NCBI GenBank assembly: GCA_041920465.1
Contig: JBHGXW010000045.1
Span: 5,233-69,232, forward strand
Reading direction: 5' to 3'
Origin: Paenibacillaceae bacterium
Lineage (GTDB): Bacteria; Bacillota; Bacilli; Brevibacillales; Brevibacillaceae
DNA length: 64,000 nt
The notes beneath the pieces were generated by a model, which saw only the letters and a list, made by a program, of their open reading frames with translations, searched no databases and was not told the DNA's origin. Position numbers and translations under genes: made by a program. This document shows, piece by piece, positions 10,439-22,007 of this stretch; the first letter of the stretch is position 1, and each line of letters starts with the position of its first letter.

Positions 10439-11218
10439 TTGATGAAAAACCGTAATGTTTTGATAACAGGAGCCAGCAGTGGAATTGGATATGAATTTGC
10501 GAAGATTTTTGCAAAAAAGGAAAATAATCTTATCCTTGTCGCTCGGAATCGAACGAGATTAGAGGAAATTCGTGCGGAGCTCATGGCAAAGGATATCACG
10601 ATTACCATTATTGAAAAGGACCTTTCATTACCAAATGCAGCTATGGATGTCTACAACGAAGTGAAAAGTCAAAATCAGCGGGTTGATGTTCTTATCAATA
10701 GTGCTGGATTTGGTCTGCAGGGGAATTTTGATGAATTGAATCTTCAACAACAGCACAATATGATGCATGTAAATATGGTATCTTTGACTGAACTTACACA
10801 TCTGTTTGTGCAAGATATGATAGGCCAGAAATTTGGCAGGATTTTAAACATTGGCTCCATTGCCTCTTTTATTTCCATGCCTTCTATGAGTGTTTACGCT
10901 GCAACAAAAGCCTACGTACTATCGTTTTCTGAATCCTTGTCAAATGAACTGAAACGGTATGGAGACATTTCCGTTACGGCTCTATGTCCCGGGCCCACGA
11001 AAACGAATTTTGTGAAGGCAGCAAACATGGTGAGTATGGAGGAAATGTATAACCGATTTGGCATGTCTGCTTCCATTGTAGCTCAGGCCGGATATGAGGC
11101 TCTAATCAAGGGAAGGCCCATTGAGATCCCTGGGAAAAGGTTTTCTCTAAGCATCATGGCGACTCGTTTTCTCCCCAGAAAATTGGTTCAAAAATTGATG
11201 ATGATTGTAAACAAGTAG
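10439..11218 (+). CDS. short-chain dehydrogenase/reductase (DltE/YqjQ-like)
   Basis: TGASSGIG, NSAG, catalytic YAATK, CPGPTKT. Confidence 0.93.
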   Translation: MMKNRNVLITGASSGIGYEFAKIFAKKENNLILVARNRTRLEEIRAELMAKDITITIIEKDLSLPNAAMDVYNEVKSQNQRVDVLINSAGFGLQGNFDELNLQQQHNMMHVNMVSLTELTHLFVQDMIGQKFGRILNIGSIASFISMPSMSVYAATKAYVLSFSESLSNELKRYGDISVTALCPGPTKTNFVKAANMVSMEEMYNRFGMSASIVAQAGYEALIKGRPIEIPGKRFSLSIMATRFLPRKLVQKLMMIVNK

Positions 11219-11222
11219 TTTT

Positions 11223-11375
11223 TTGGTGGTTTCTTTGGGCGCTGGCACACTGGCAGCTGCGTTCGCAGTTTCATCTGCGGTATTCGGAAACCTCGGTTCG
11301 TGTGTTGGCGGGATAATTCTATCATACTATGGCGGTGCCGATATGTTCCTCGTAATCTCGAAAGTGGTAAGCTAA
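11223..11375 (+). pseudogene. probable C-terminal remnant of an MFS (DHA1-like) transporter
   Basis: Open frame LVVSLGAGTLAAAFAVSSAVFGNLGSCVGGIILSYYGGADMFLVISKVVS* resembles the TM11 G...GG motif region of DHA1 transporters; no RBS. Confidence 0.45.
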
Positions 11376-11432
11376 CGCAGAACGTAACTCAGGATCTTTT
11401 AAACTACAACGAATAAGGAGTGGGGATGTGCT

Positions 11433-12068
11433 TTGAAAAAACAATGGTCGGTAGGAATTCTCGTATTTAATCAGGTTGACGCTTTTGATTTCGTCGGTCC
11501 GTCTGAAATTCTCTCAATCGCCCGATACACAACGGATGAAGTTCAGAATATGCTTCTTGGGAAGGAAGGAGATAAACAAAAGCCGTTTCTGGTTTATACC
11601 ATTTCGGAAACAGGAGAAGCGGTAACAGCCAGCAATGGGCTACGCATATTGCCTGATTACAGTATTGAGAACGCTCCGCATTTTGACATACTCCTAATTC
11701 CCGGCGCGTTTTTCCCAGATATCAAAAAGGTGATGGCCAATGACAAGGTAATTAAATGGATTCACGCCCGGATGAAAAATGTGGAACTGATGACATCAGT
11801 TTGCAGCGGTGCTTTGGTTTTGGCACAAGCGGGACTTTTAAACGGAAAAAAGGCAACAACCAACCGTAAAGCGCTTGATTTTATGCAGAAAATTTTTCCC
11901 GAAGTAACCGTAATTCGCGACTGTAAGTTTGTGGATGAGGGGAATGTTATTACTTCGCAAGGGCCTGACGCAGGGATTTATCTAGCTTTTCATCTTATCA
12001 AAAGGTTAATGGGATTGGAAGCAAGTCACATCGCAGCTGACACCCTGGAGTTTGATGGCGATATTTAA
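11433..12068 (+). CDS. DJ-1/PfpI-family protein
   Basis: TTG start after aaggag. DFVGP, DILLIPG, nucleophile elbow SVCSGA, LLNGKKATT, VDEGNVITSQG. Confidence 0.92.
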   Translation: MKKQWSVGILVFNQVDAFDFVGPSEILSIARYTTDEVQNMLLGKEGDKQKPFLVYTISETGEAVTASNGLRILPDYSIENAPHFDILLIPGAFFPDIKKVMANDKVIKWIHARMKNVELMTSVCSGALVLAQAGLLNGKKATTNRKALDFMQKIFPEVTVIRDCKFVDEGNVITSQGPDAGIYLAFHLIKRLMGLEASHIAADTLEFDGDI

Positions 12069-12336
12069 AAAAACAAGAGTCTGCGAATAACGAGATGTAG
12101 AATGGCTCTTCCTAAAATCTAAGTATTGTAGAGATGGTGAAGGTACTTTTGAAGAAAACAGCCGGTTTTTACTGGCTTGCCTTTAGAACAGTTTATAGGC
12201 TATTTACCCAGCAAATCAATCGCGCGATCCCCGTTTTCGTGAACTCACAACGGAATAGGTATAAAAATAGGAATAAATGAAGTGTCCAAGGCAAACCCCA
12301 ATCATTACTGCTGCTTCTAGTTTTGACGCTGTTCGT

Positions 12337-12414
12337 TTAAATATTCGCAAAATCCGCCGAAGTCAATTCTTGCAGTTTTTCAAAGTCGATCACACGTCTG
12401 CCATTTTCTATTCG
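12337..12414 (-). pseudogene. possible 3' remnant of an XRE/Cro HTH regulator
   Basis: Minus strand reads RIENGRRVIDFEKLQELTSADFANI*, resembling the XRE S-R-I-E-N-G motif; 5' part abuts the repeat at 12414. Confidence 0.35.
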
Positions 12415-12480
12415 AGAGAAGCCGGACTTGAATACAACTTCGCAAGCTGTAACGGGAGGCACGAAAGGACAACGTTTTTC
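12414..12480. repeat. 67-bp repeat, right end of the MITE-like element at 48253-48540
   Basis: gagagaagccggacttga...cgcaagctgtaacgg(g)aggcacgaaaggacaacg..tttttc aligns to 48474-48540 with 5 substitutions and 2 one-base indels (manual count). Confidence 0.85.
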
Positions 12481-12504
12481 TGAGTGGATAAGAATTTATA
12501 AGTT

Positions 12505-12546
12505 GGGGGCCCCGCCGGGCGCAACGATAGTTATAGCCCGGTGGGT
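12505..12546 (+). repeat. REP-like hairpin R2
   Basis: ggggg-c-cccgccgggc-gcaacgatagttata-gcccggtggg-t, followed by tttc. Confidence 0.8.
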
Positions 12547-12656
12547 TTTCTTATTTGGCCCTGATTCCCCATGGGAAGACAATAGTTTGAAACTCTTGCA
12601 TTTTCGGTTAAAATGAGGAATACTGTATGATAGCCAAGTTATTGTTGTGAAAGGAC

Positions 12657-13190
12657 GTGCACGGCTTGAGTCAATTACTCCAAAATATCGATCAAGAGAA
12701 GCTTAATGAAATGGCGATGGTTGACATCGCATTTGAGATCTTAAAGGAACAAAACCGTCCCTATAATTTCCGTGAATTAATGGGGGAGATTGCCGCGCTA
12801 CGTAACATGACTGAAGAACAAATGATGTCTATGATAGCTCAAGTCTATACTGAAGTAAACATCGACGGACGCTTCATTTGCCTGGGAGATAACACTTGGG
12901 GCTTGAAACGCTGGTATCCAATGGAAACAGTGGAAGAAAGTCAAGAAGGCGGCGGCAAGAAGAAAAAACTGGTTTCCGACGACGACTTCGACGACGATTA
13001 CGAATTGGATGAAGAACTGGATGAAGTGTATGAAGAAGATGACGATCTCATTGCCTACGACGATGAAGAGGACTTCATCGACGAAGACCTGGATGACGAT
13101 GATGAGATTGAAGAAGACCTCGATGAAGAAGAGCTGTTTGAAGAGGATTTGGTGGACGAAGAGCTTGAAGAAGAAAATGAAGAGGATTAA
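12657..13190 (+). CDS. rpoE: RNA polymerase delta subunit
   Basis: QVYTEVNIDGRFICLGDNTWGLKRWYP, K-tract and D/E-rich tail; directly upstream of pyrG. Confidence 0.96.
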   Translation: MHGLSQLLQNIDQEKLNEMAMVDIAFEILKEQNRPYNFRELMGEIAALRNMTEEQMMSMIAQVYTEVNIDGRFICLGDNTWGLKRWYPMETVEESQEGGGKKKKLVSDDDFDDDYELDEELDEVYEEDDDLIAYDDEEDFIDEDLDDDDEIEEDLDEEELFEEDLVDEELEEENEED

Positions 13191-13200
13191 TGATCAATCC

Positions 13201-15009
<1,809 letters not shown>

Positions 15010-15032
15010 CCTTTGACATATAATATTCGATT

Positions 15033-15064
15033 AAGGAGAGTGCGGGTTCAGCATTCTCCTTTTT
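15033..15064 (+). terminator. intrinsic terminator after pyrG
   Basis: aaggagagtgc/gcattctcctt stem followed by a T-run. Confidence 0.75.
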
Positions 15065-15098
15065 CACTAGCCAAAGAATATCTTTTCTTGCAGATAAG

Positions 15099-15125
15099 GG
15101 AGGATTTTCCTGTTGATTAGAGAAT
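15099..15125 (+). promoter_or_regulatory. sigma-H-type promoter of spo0F
   Basis: GGAGGATTT-11 bp-AGAGAAT fits RNAGGAWWW-N11/12-RNNGAAT. Confidence 0.7.
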
Positions 15126-15192
15126 TTTTAAACGTTGATACTAGCTCTTGATGCAGAATAATCCTAATCATCTTCACTAGGGGGAAAGGAAA

Positions 15193-15558
15193 ATGCAAAA
15201 GAAAAAGGTGTTAGTAGTAGATGATCAATACGGAATCCGAATCCTTTTATATGAGGTGCTGGGCAAGGAAGGATATTCAACGTTTCAAGCAGCAAACGGC
15301 AAACAGGCATTGGAAATCGTGCAGAAGGAACACCCCCATCTCGTTATCCTTGATATGAAAATACCAGGTATGGATGGGATAGAAATTTTGAAACACATCA
15401 AGAAGATCGACCAGAATATCAAAGTGATCATGATGACGGCGTACGGTGAGCTTGACATGATTAAAGAAGCAACTCAGTTGGGTGCACTTACCCATTTCAC
15501 CAAACCGTTCGATATTGATGAGTTGCGCCATGCCGTGAATCAGCAGTTGGCAGGGTGA
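15193..15558 (+). CDS. spo0F: sporulation initiation phosphotransferase F
   Basis: [48 protein letters not shown]; between pyrG and fba. Confidence 0.96.
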   Translation: MQKKKVLVVDDQYGIRILLYEVLGKEGYSTFQAANGKQALEIVQKEHPHLVILDMKIPGMDGIEILKHIKKIDQNIKVIMMTAYGELDMIKEATQLGALTHFTKPFDIDELRHAVNQQLAG

Positions 15559-15648
15559 AAAGCTGTTAACCAAATGGACACCTGTTAAGTTGGGTTCAAT
15601 TGTGGTATAATAAGCCGTGTTGTTACAACAACAATTGGAGGAGGAATC

Positions 15649-16509
15649 ATGCTTATGCCACTCGTACCTATGACCGCATTTTTAGAAGACGTAAAGAAAA
15701 ATAAATATGCGGTAGGCCAATTCAACATCAACAACCTTGAGTTCGTGCAAGCTATCACAGATGCGGCGATCGAAGAAAAGTCTCCGGTAATCTTCGGTGT
15801 ATCCGAAGGCGCGATGCGTTACATGGGACTTGAATATACCGTAGCGATGGCTAAAGTGGCTGCAGAACGTGCAGGTGTACCTGTTGCACTCCATCTTGAC
15901 CATGGAAGCAGCTTTGAAGTTGTCATGAAATGTATCCGTGCCGGATTCTCTTCTGTCATGTTTGACGGCTCCCATTATCCTTTGGAAGAAAACATTCGTT
16001 TGACCAAGCAGGTAGTTGAAGCTGCTCATGCGGTTGGGGTTTCTGTTGAAGGCGAATTAGGCACAATCGGCGGTACTGAAGATGACCTCTCTGTAGATGA
16101 AGAACATGCAGCCTTGGCTAAACCGGATGAAGCGATTCGCTTCTGGGAAGAGACCAAAGTTGACTATTTGGCAATCGCCGTTGGTACAGCTCACGGTTTA
16201 TATAAAGGCGTGCCAAAAATTCATTACGATATTATCGATGAAGTTGCCAAAAACATTGGCGCACCGATTGTATTGCACGGTGGTTCCGGTGTTCCGGACG
16301 AAGCGATTGTCACTGCAATCAGCCATGGTGTAGGTAAAATCAACGTAAATACCGAGAACCAGGTAGCTTGTACAGAAGTGATTCGCAAAGTATTGGCTGA
16401 AAAACCAAAAGAAATCGACCCACGCAAATATCTCGGTCCTGCTCGTGAAGCAATTAAAGAAGTTGTTAAAGGTAAAATGCGTTTGTTTGGTAGCAGCAAC
16501 CGTGCCTAA
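15649..16509 (+). CDS. fbaA: class II fructose-1,6-bisphosphate aldolase
   Basis: [28 protein letters not shown]. Confidence 0.96.
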   Translation: MLMPLVPMTAFLEDVKKNKYAVGQFNINNLEFVQAITDAAIEEKSPVIFGVSEGAMRYMGLEYTVAMAKVAAERAGVPVALHLDHGSSFEVVMKCIRAGFSSVMFDGSHYPLEENIRLTKQVVEAAHAVGVSVEGELGTIGGTEDDLSVDEEHAALAKPDEAIRFWEETKVDYLAIAVGTAHGLYKGVPKIHYDIIDEVAKNIGAPIVLHGGSGVPDEAIVTAISHGVGKINVNTENQVACTEVIRKVLAEKPKEIDPRKYLGPAREAIKEVVKGKMRLFGSSNRA

Positions 16510-16523
16510 TTAGGAGGGTGCCC

Positions 16524-17168
16524 ATGCGATTTTTTATAGATACAGCCAATGTCGAAGAGATACGGGAGATTCATGATTGGGGCGTTGTGGCCGGCGTTAC
16601 AACCAACCCCTCGCTTGTTGCGAAAGAAGGCCGTGATTTTATCGAGACTCTGAAAGAGATTATCGACATAGTAGACGGTCCGATTAGTGCCGAGGTTATC
16701 AGTCTTGATGCCAAGGGTATGATTGAAGAGGGCGAAAAATTGGCCTCTTTGTCCAAAAACATCGTCGTAAAAATCCCGATGACGGAAGACGGATTGAAAG
16801 CGGTAAAGGCATTAGCAAAGCGAAAAATCAAAACGAACGTAACATTGATCTTCAATCCGAACCAGGCACTTTTAGCAGCACGTGCTGGAGCTACATATGT
16901 CTCTCCGTTTTTGGGACGTTTGGATGATATCGGACACGATGGGCTTCAACTAATTACGCAGATAGCGGAAATTTTTGCTGTTCATGATATTGAAACAGAG
17001 ATTATCGCTGCCAGCATTCGCCATCCGTTGCATGTCACCGAAGCGGCTCGCCGTGGATCTCATATAGCGACAATTCCTTATAAAGTGTTCAAGCAGCTTT
17101 TGCAGCACCCGCTTACGGATCTTGGAATTCAAAAGTTCCTGGCCGACTGGGAAGGCATGCAAAAGTAG
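16524..17168 (+). CDS. tal: transaldolase (Fsa-type)
   Basis: [33 protein letters not shown]. Confidence 0.95.
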   Translation: MRFFIDTANVEEIREIHDWGVVAGVTTNPSLVAKEGRDFIETLKEIIDIVDGPISAEVISLDAKGMIEEGEKLASLSKNIVVKIPMTEDGLKAVKALAKRKIKTNVTLIFNPNQALLAARAGATYVSPFLGRLDDIGHDGLQLITQIAEIFAVHDIETEIIAASIRHPLHVTEAARRGSHIATIPYKVFKQLLQHPLTDLGIQKFLADWEGMQK

Positions 17169-17279
17169 CGGTTTTAATCGGTTATTGATGTTGGAGCACC
17201 TTTTCCCCGCAGGAGAAGGTGCTCCTTTCGGGAGAACGCCGACTGCTAAAGATACGAGTAAACCTAGGGAGAGCGAACA

Positions 17280-18551
17280 ATGGAGAAACTGATCGTACGA
17301 GGGGGTAAACCGCTTTCCGGCAAAGTGGTGATCAGTGGGGCGAAGAATAGTGCGGTAGCCTTGATCCCGGCCGCATTGATTGCCGACGGCCCGGTAGTGA
17401 TCGGAAATTTGCCCCATATTCAAGATGTTGAGATCTACGTAGAGCTGCTTCGTGAATTGGGAGCGGACGTTCTGTTTGAAGAAGACTGGATGGAAATTGA
17501 CAGCAGGTCTATTCAACAAATTGTGATGCCGAACGGGCGAATAAAAAAACTGCGTGCTTCATATTATTTATGGGGTGCTTTGCTTGCCAAATTTGGCGAA
17601 GCGCAAATCGGCTTGCCGGGCGGATGCGATCTGGGCCCGAGACCGGTAGATCAGCATATCAAAGGATTTGAAGCGTTGGGCGCACGAGTAGAAAATCGAA
17701 ACGGCGTCATGACAATTAAAGCACGGAAGTTGAAAGGTGCCAGAATCTATCTGGATATTGTAAGTGTGGGGGCTACGATTAACATTATGTTGGCAGCCAC
17801 ACGGGCAGAGGGCATAACGATTATTGAAAATGCGGCGCGTGAGCCGGAAATTGTAGATGTAGCAACCTTATTGAACAATATGGGGGCCAATATCAAAGGT
17901 GCCGGTACAGATGTCATTCGTATACAAGGCGTCAGTCAACTGCACGGATGCCGACACACAATTATCCCTGACCGGATTGAAGCGGGAACCTACATGATTG
18001 CCGCTGCTGCAACCCGTGGAGATGTAATTATTGAAAACGTTATCCCTAAGCATTTAGAGCCTGTTACGGCCAAGCTGAGGGAATTGGGAGCGATTGTCGA
18101 AGTCGGAGATGACACCGTGCGGGTGATAGGGCAAGAAAAATACCGATCAATTGATGTGAAAACCAATCCGTATCCGGGCTTCCCGACCGATTTGCAACAA
18201 CCGATGACGGCTCTTTTGACTCAGGCCAATGGCTCCAGTATTGTAACCGACAATATTTACGGAGCTCGTTTCCGCCATGTGGATGAGCTGCGAAGAATGG
18301 GAGCCGGCATGAAAGTGGAAGGCAGATCAGCCATCATCGAAGGTGGCAAGAAATTGATGGGAGCCAAAGTCGTGGCAACTGATTTGCGGGCTGGGGCAGC
18401 ACTGGTAATTGCCGGATTAATTGCGGAAGGCATAACCGAGATTGACGGTTTGTCGCATATTGATCGCGGTTATGAGAATTTAGTGGGAAAATTACGAAGT
18501 CTGGGAGCAGATACGCTTCGGAAGATCCAAAAACAGACGGAATGCAAATAG
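17280..18551 (+). CDS. murAB: UDP-N-acetylglucosamine 1-carboxyvinyltransferase 2
   Basis: [42 protein letters not shown]; MurAB position after tal. Confidence 0.93.
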   Translation: MEKLIVRGGKPLSGKVVISGAKNSAVALIPAALIADGPVVIGNLPHIQDVEIYVELLRELGADVLFEEDWMEIDSRSIQQIVMPNGRIKKLRASYYLWGALLAKFGEAQIGLPGGCDLGPRPVDQHIKGFEALGARVENRNGVMTIKARKLKGARIYLDIVSVGATINIMLAATRAEGITIIENAAREPEIVDVATLLNNMGANIKGAGTDVIRIQGVSQLHGCRHTIIPDRIEAGTYMIAAAATRGDVIIENVIPKHLEPVTAKLRELGAIVEVGDDTVRVIGQEKYRSIDVKTNPYPGFPTDLQQPMTALLTQANGSSIVTDNIYGARFRHVDELRRMGAGMKVEGRSAIIEGGKKLMGAKVVATDLRAGAALVIAGLIAEGITEIDGLSHIDRGYENLVGKLRSLGADTLRKIQKQTECK

Positions 18552-18595
18552 AACCTTCAAAAACAAAGGATCGCCAATAAAAGGAGAGGTTAAAG

Positions 18596-19558
18596 ATGGA
18601 GCGGAGTTTAACGCTTGAATTAGTGCGCGTAACGGAAGCGGCAGCTTTGGCTTCAGCCCGTTGGATGGGACTTGGCAAGAAAGATGAAGCGGACGATGCA
18701 GCGACGACGGCTATGCGCAAAGAATTTGAGAACGTTCCAATGGAAGGGGTCGTGGTGATCGGCGAAGGAGAAATGGACGAGGCTCCGATGCTGTATATCG
18801 GGGAAAAGCTTGGACAAGGTGTTCCACCGTATGTAGATGTTGCGGTCGACCCTCTCGAAGGAACCAATATCGTGGCCAAGGGGACGTGGAACGCTATTTC
18901 GGTTATTGCCATTGCGGACCGTGGCAATCTTCTGCATGCACCTGATATGTATATGGAGAAAATTGCGGTAGGCCCCAAAGCAGTGGGCAAGGTAGATATT
19001 AATGCGCCGGTCATTGATAATCTCAAAGCCCTTTCGCAAGCATTGGGAAAAGATATGAGTGACCTCGTCGCCATCGTCTTGGATCGAGACCGTCACCAAA
19101 AAGTAATTCATGAGATCCGCCAGGCGGGAGCCCGGATCAAATTAATCCCGGATGGCGATGTAGCAGCGGCGATTAATACCGCGTTTCCTGATACGGGCGT
19201 AGACATTTTGTTTGGTTCCGGCGGTGCCCCGGAAGGCGTATTGGCTGCCGTTGCCCTGAAATGTCTGGGTGGAGAAATTCAAGGGAAGCTCTTGCCGCAG
19301 AGTCCGGAAGAAGAGCAGCGCTGTATCCAAATGGGGTTGAAGAACCCGCACCAAGTTCTGTTTATGGATGATTTGGTCAAAGGTGATGACGCTATTTTTG
19401 CTGCCACAGGGGTTACAGATGGGGAGCTTTTGCGCGGCGTGCGTTTCCAAGGGACAAGAGCAACTACCCATTCAGTCGTCATGCGGGCCAAGACAGGAAC
19501 AGTGCGTTTCATTGAAGGAAACCATCGCTTGGAGCGGAAACCGCGATTTGTATTGTAA
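18596..19558 (+). CDS. glpX: class II fructose-1,6-bisphosphatase
   Basis: [43 protein letters not shown]. Confidence 0.96.
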   Translation: MERSLTLELVRVTEAAALASARWMGLGKKDEADDAATTAMRKEFENVPMEGVVVIGEGEMDEAPMLYIGEKLGQGVPPYVDVAVDPLEGTNIVAKGTWNAISVIAIADRGNLLHAPDMYMEKIAVGPKAVGKVDINAPVIDNLKALSQALGKDMSDLVAIVLDRDRHQKVIHEIRQAGARIKLIPDGDVAAAINTAFPDTGVDILFGSGGAPEGVLAAVALKCLGGEIQGKLLPQSPEEEQRCIQMGLKNPHQVLFMDDLVKGDDAIFAATGVTDGELLRGVRFQGTRATTHSVVMRAKTGTVRFIEGNHRLERKPRFVL

Positions 19559-19610
19559 ATCCTAGGCTAGAATAGAGGAAGAGAAGACGTAAAGAGTGGT
19601 GGAATAGTAC

Positions 19611-20948
19611 GTGCTGTTATCCGAGTTAGAAGAAATGAAGTTAACCGAGCTATATAAGCTTGCCAAAGAGTTCCAAATCACGTCTTACTCGCAGATGAAA
19701 AAGAAGGAACTAATCTTCGCGATTCTGAGAGCAAGAGCGGAACGAGACGGATTGATGTTTATGGAAGGCGTCCTGGACATCCTGCCGGAAGGGTACGGTT
19801 TCCTGCGCCCGATCAACTATTTGCCGAGTTCTGAGGATATTTATATTTCTCAGTCACAGATACGGCGTTTTGACCTAAGAATGGGTGACCTGGTATCAGG
19901 GAAAGTTCGCCCTCCCAAAGAAAATGAACGATATTTTGGCTTGTTGCAAGTGGAAGCAGTAAACGGAGAAGACCCCGAATTGGCGTCAGAACGCCTTCAC
20001 TTCCCCGCCTTAACACCGCTTTATCCCCAAAAGAAGCTAGTTTTAGAGACAACACCCTCCAAGCTTTCAGCCCGACTTATGGACTTGTTGGCACCGGTTG
20101 GTTTGGGACAGCGCGGACTCATTGTGGCCCCGCCCAAAGCAGGTAAAACTGTGTTATTGAAGGAAATTGCCAACAGCATAACAGAAAATCACCCGGACAT
20201 TTCCTTATTTGTGCTATTGATCGACGAACGTCCGGAAGAAGTAACCGATATGCAGCGCTCTGTTAAAGGTGAAGTAATTGCTTCTACCTTTGATGAACTG
20301 CCCGAAAACCATATCAAGGTTGCGGAATTGGTGCTGGAGCGAGCGAAACGGCTTGTTGAACATAAAAAAGATGTGGTCATTCTGCTGGATTCCATCACCC
20401 GTTTGGCACGCGCTTACAATTTGGTCATTCCGCCAAGCGGGCGCACGCTGTCGGGCGGTATCGATCCAGCGGCTTTCCACCGTCCCAAGAGATTCTTCGG
20501 TTCGGCTCGGAACATTGAGGAAGGCGGCAGCTTGACGATCCTGGCGACAGCTTTGGTAGAAACCGGGTCGAGAATGGATGACGTCATCTATGAAGAGTTC
20601 AAGGGAACCGGCAATATGGAATTGCATCTAGACCGCAAGCTGGCAGAGCGCCGTATTTTCCCGGCGATCGACATTCGCCGGTCCGGTACACGCAGGGAAG
20701 AACTTTTGCTTTCCAAAGAAGAGTTGGACAAACTTTGGGCGATTCGCAAGAGCATGTCCGACAGCCAGGAATTTGTCGAGTCGTTCCTGAAGAAGCTGCA
20801 AGACACCAAGACGAATGAAGAATTTTTGGCTACGGTCGATCTCAAAGATTCCAGGTCGGAAGCAGCAGTGACAGCAACGGCAACAACAACTTCAACGGCA
20901 AGAACCAGTCGAAGCACCAAACAATCCACAACGACGGCCAAATCATAA
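19611..20948 (+). CDS. rho: transcription termination factor Rho
   Basis: [36 protein letters not shown]; S/T-rich C-terminal tail. Confidence 0.98.
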   Translation: MLLSELEEMKLTELYKLAKEFQITSYSQMKKKELIFAILRARAERDGLMFMEGVLDILPEGYGFLRPINYLPSSEDIYISQSQIRRFDLRMGDLVSGKVRPPKENERYFGLLQVEAVNGEDPELASERLHFPALTPLYPQKKLVLETTPSKLSARLMDLLAPVGLGQRGLIVAPPKAGKTVLLKEIANSITENHPDISLFVLLIDERPEEVTDMQRSVKGEVIASTFDELPENHIKVAELVLERAKRLVEHKKDVVILLDSITRLARAYNLVIPPSGRTLSGGIDPAAFHRPKRFFGSARNIEEGGSLTILATALVETGSRMDDVIYEEFKGTGNMELHLDRKLAERRIFPAIDIRRSGTRREELLLSKEELDKLWAIRKSMSDSQEFVESFLKKLQDTKTNEEFLATVDLKDSRSEAAVTATATTTSTARTSRSTKQSTTTAKS

Positions 20949-21015
20949 GGCCGTCATTTTTTTTGCGGAGATCGCATAGAGATAAAAGGATCGTGGTGAG
21001 AAGGAGGAAGCAGGA

Positions 21016-21912
21016 ATGGGATACTCGGAAATGCCAATGACGTTTGCCAATTCGGAAGAGGCCAAACAAAGCGTTATTGAAAAAACACTGTTTCAAGTAT
21101 TTAATCCGTTTGCCTCTTTAACATCATCAGGAGAGTACGCTCCACAAGCGGCTGCGATATCGTATACCGTTCAACCGGGAGATACGCTTTCAGAGATTGC
21201 TTACAAGTACGGAATTACGCTGACGGAGTTAATCAGAGAAAACAAGATATCCAATCCCAACATGGTAGGAATCGGTATGAAACTGGTCATTGGACAAAAT
21301 CATGTGCCGCATACCGTAAGCCGTGGCGAAACACTTGAGCAAATCGCTCAACGATATGATATTCCGAAGCAAAAGATCATTGCCCGGAACCCTCTTCTGC
21401 AGGTTTTGCCGGATAACCTGTATGTTGGACAGGTTTTGTACATACCCATCGCGGCAGCAAAACCGGTTATGGCAGGCAACTTTCCGGTCCGAAAATCAAT
21501 GGCGCAAGCGGCCAGCCGAAGTATCTTTCGCAGCAGAATGATGGACTGGCCGGTTCAGGATGCGACGATTACCAGCGGGTTTGGCATGAGATGGGGCAAA
21601 ATGCATAAGGGCGTTGATCTGTGGAATGAAGCCAAGGGAAATACGGCGATCCTGGCAGCAAAGGATGGCGTTGTTGTCGATGCCGGTGCCAATCATGAAG
21701 GATACGGTTACATGGTGGTTATTGATCACGGAGATGGTTTGCATACTTACTATGCCCATTTGCGCAAAATCCTGGTGACAATCGGGCAAGTGGTTCAACG
21801 CGGACAAAAAATAGGCTACATGGGTCGAACGGGTGATTCAACCGGGTACCATCTGCATTTTGAAGTAAGACAAGATGACGTTCCCATGAATCCGCTTCGC
21901 TATCTTAGATAA
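21016..21912 (+). CDS. LysM x2 + M23 peptidase
   Basis: YTVQPGDTLSEIA and HTVSRGETLEQIA LysM repeats; HKGVD (HxxxD), YAHL and HLHFEV (HxH). Confidence 0.92.
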   Translation: MGYSEMPMTFANSEEAKQSVIEKTLFQVFNPFASLTSSGEYAPQAAAISYTVQPGDTLSEIAYKYGITLTELIRENKISNPNMVGIGMKLVIGQNHVPHTVSRGETLEQIAQRYDIPKQKIIARNPLLQVLPDNLYVGQVLYIPIAAAKPVMAGNFPVRKSMAQAASRSIFRSRMMDWPVQDATITSGFGMRWGKMHKGVDLWNEAKGNTAILAAKDGVVVDAGANHEGYGYMVVIDHGDGLHTYYAHLRKILVTIGQVVQRGQKIGYMGRTGDSTGYHLHFEVRQDDVPMNPLRYLR

Positions 21913-21954
21913 CGCTGAAACTGGTCAATCCCTGTCCGTGAGGGTTCCCTTACA

Positions 21955-21983
21955 TTTACAACGTTCTTTTAATACGATACAAT
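21955..21983 (+). promoter_or_regulatory. sigma-A promoter of the radical SAM gene
   Basis: TTTACA-17 bp-TACAAT. Confidence 0.6.
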
Positions 21984-22007
21984 GTCTGCAGCAAAACAGG
22001 GAAGGGA

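Noticed and set aside
12070-12330. Short interrupted frames after the DJ-1 gene
   Set aside because: No RBS or motif; cannot support a gene call.
12960-13190. GAA/GAT/GAC low-complexity repeats
   Set aside because: Normal acidic tail of RpoE.
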